A DNA stretch of 64,000 nt from contig CP089278.1 in the NCBI GenBank assembly GCA_023920165.1, forward strand, positions 248,001 to 312,000, in the 5' to 3' direction. Positions 62,048 through 64,000 of this stretch are shown piece by piece (the first letter of the stretch is position 1; every line of letters begins with the position of its first letter). A model generated the notes under the pieces. That model was not told the DNA's origin. It made no database searches and worked only from the letters and a program-made list of their open reading frames with translations. The position numbers were made by a program, and so were the translations under genes. Source of the DNA: Curvularia clavata. Its lineage: Eukaryota.

Positions 62048-64000
62048 ATGGACAGCCATCCTTCGTCAATACAACCCATGGACATGGAACGGAGGTCCTC
62101 GTCGCCCAAGCGTAAGAAGGTCCGCCAAAAATACGCGCCCAAAGCTTGTACGTCGCGCCTGCGCGCTCTGCTAACTGCCGCTCGGCACCTCGAGAGCTTC
62201 ACCTGCTGCATTCCGATGGTTCCGTAGCCGCTCAAGACTGCGCGCCCAACCCGACAACACAATGGATCAAAATGAGACCAGCTTACTGACTGAGACGCTC
62301 AGGTGTGCTATGTAGACGCTCCAAGCTCAAGGTACGTCTTGTCCGCTGCCAGTGCCGCGATTGTTGCTGCGCAGCTTCGGCTCCATTTCCGTTCCGAGCC
62401 TCTTTCAGCTTGCCTTACGCTAGACGGCCTCCTCCACGACTCACCTTTATACACTCGCACATTCTGACTGCCCCCCCAGTGCTCTGGAGAAAACCCATGC
62501 CAACGATGCGTCGACAACGGCAAGCGATGCTTCTTTTCCGAAGACCAGACGGCAGCCGAGGCCCTGCAACATCTCAGTCGTCCAACTCCTTCCCTCCAGG
62601 CCCAGACGTCGACTGCCAGCGGAAACGGTACCAATACATCACGCAGGAATCTGCTGCCACATGATGAAACAACACGCAGAACGAGCGACGCCAGCGCCCG
62701 CGGTATGACGATGGAGGCACGTATGGCCCGGGTCGAGGCCATGATGGAGGCCCTGATGCGCGACCGCGGCTTGACCGTGACGCCCATGGGCAGCGTAGAG
62801 CGAGACGATGGAGCCAGCGACGGCTTCCGAGGAGGCGATGCTGCGTTCCCCATCCCGCCATTGGACCCCATCAACCCAGCCCTCGCTTTCATGGGACAGC
62901 CATCGCTCTTCTCTCAAGAGTCCTCCAACCAGACGTCCTCTACCCTGTCCGGACCCGAAGCCTCTTTTACCGCTGAGCCACCCCATCTCGTCCACCTAGG
63001 CAATCAGGCAATGCCATTTCCTAGCCCCGCCGAATACCAACAATACCTGCTGTCCTTCTTCACCGACATACATTTGTCTCATCCTTGCATAGACGAGGCC
63101 GACTTTCGTAATCGCAGCGAACACATGTTGGCCAATCCCACCATCCCGCCCGAGGAACGTTATTTTCTTGCCCTCAACTACATCATCTTTGCTTGTTGCG
63201 ATGTGCTGCTGAACATTTCGCCGGTTGAGGCTAGCAAACCCGCCGGCGGACGTTGGTCAGAGATAGCCGATCATCTCCTCGACAAAAAGTCGTTACTCAG
63301 CGGTAACGGCGACTTGACGCTGATCCAGTGTGTACTTTTCCAGGTAGGCTACATCTGTCTCAAATGCTGTTTCGATTATCAGGGACTTCAGATGCTAATT
63401 GACCAGGCTTTATATTACACTTTCATCGATACGCCTGGCCCGGCCTACAGTAGTATTGGAATTGCTGGTCGGTTGGTGTTTCAGCACTCACTCCATCAAC
63501 AATCCACGTGGTCCGATATCACAACCCAACAAGCGTACGAGCGCATATGCGTGTTCTGGAACGTCTTTATCACAGACCGCTTCATCTCCCTAGCATGCGG
63601 CAGACCGTATAGTATCCACGAAACCGACATACAGGTCGAGCTGCCAGTGGAATTATTTCACAGGGTGAGAACAACCCCAAACCCGATCAGTGACTCGTAT
63701 ACTAATTACTACCAGGCGATGCTCCCCATGCAAATCGACCTTGAAAATGACCCAAGGGTTTTTATCAACCAGTACCTACATTACATGATCCTCTGGGCGC
63801 GTTACGCTGGTGGCTCTATGGAAGGACGCAGCTCGGATGGCCATGCACAACAAGTCATCGACACGCAAATCACACAATTCCTCGAACACGACCTTCCCGA
63901 TTTGCGTGCTCCTTATTCACAACCCGGATCTGGCATTGAAGCACCCATAAAGACCTTCCTCGTACAGAAGAAAACCGACTTGGTTCTCTGGGGCTTTCGT
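62048..64000 (+). CDS. Zn(II)2Cys6 transcription factor with fungal-specific TF middle domain (3'-partial)
   Basis: Exons 62048-62147, 62303-62331 and 62480 onward give KKVRQKYAPKAC-VLCRRSKLK-CSGENPCQRCVDNGKRC. Later FFTDIHLSHPCID and FWNVFITDRFISLACGRP. Runs off the window. Confidence 0.9.

Noticed and set aside
1..64000. CRISPR arrays, rRNA or prokaryotic operon features
   Set aside because: The sequence is intron-containing fungal DNA, and no repeat-spacer array or rRNA motif was seen.

Overview
Eukaryotic DNA from a filamentous ascomycete. Short GT-AG introns carry CTRAC branch points, and a Dothideomycete/Pleosporales origin is an inference from gene content. About 22 intact genes fall into three zones. 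(1) 0-35 kb, mostly conserved metabolism: glyoxalase-like protein, C2H2 protein, peroxisomal SCP2-type thiolase, cellobiose dehydrogenase with CBM1, giant coiled-coil protein, SDR, a co-oriented run of acetate permease, GH3, GH27-CBM35 and GH2, an F-box protein, and a head-to-head ferric reductase/Ctr copper pair with a Mac1-type element. (2) About 36-57 kb, an accessory-looking island: a pseudogene, two head-to-head orphan genes each with a hydrophobic hairpin, a fungal AAA+ ATPase, a kinase-ankyrin protein ending in what looks like a catalytically dead NACHT fold, and divergent from it a HeLo-like/SesA-ankyrin protein with no NACHT. An intronless repeat-bearing orphan and a long non-coding hairpin follow. 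(3) 57-64 kb: GPI-type CE5 esterase, siderophore MFS transporter with SreA boxes, and a Zn2Cys6 factor cut off by the window end. The most interesting candidate is zone 2, a possible 'split NLR' kinase/HeLo cell-death or allorecognition locus. All domain calls were made by eye from motifs; no searches were run.
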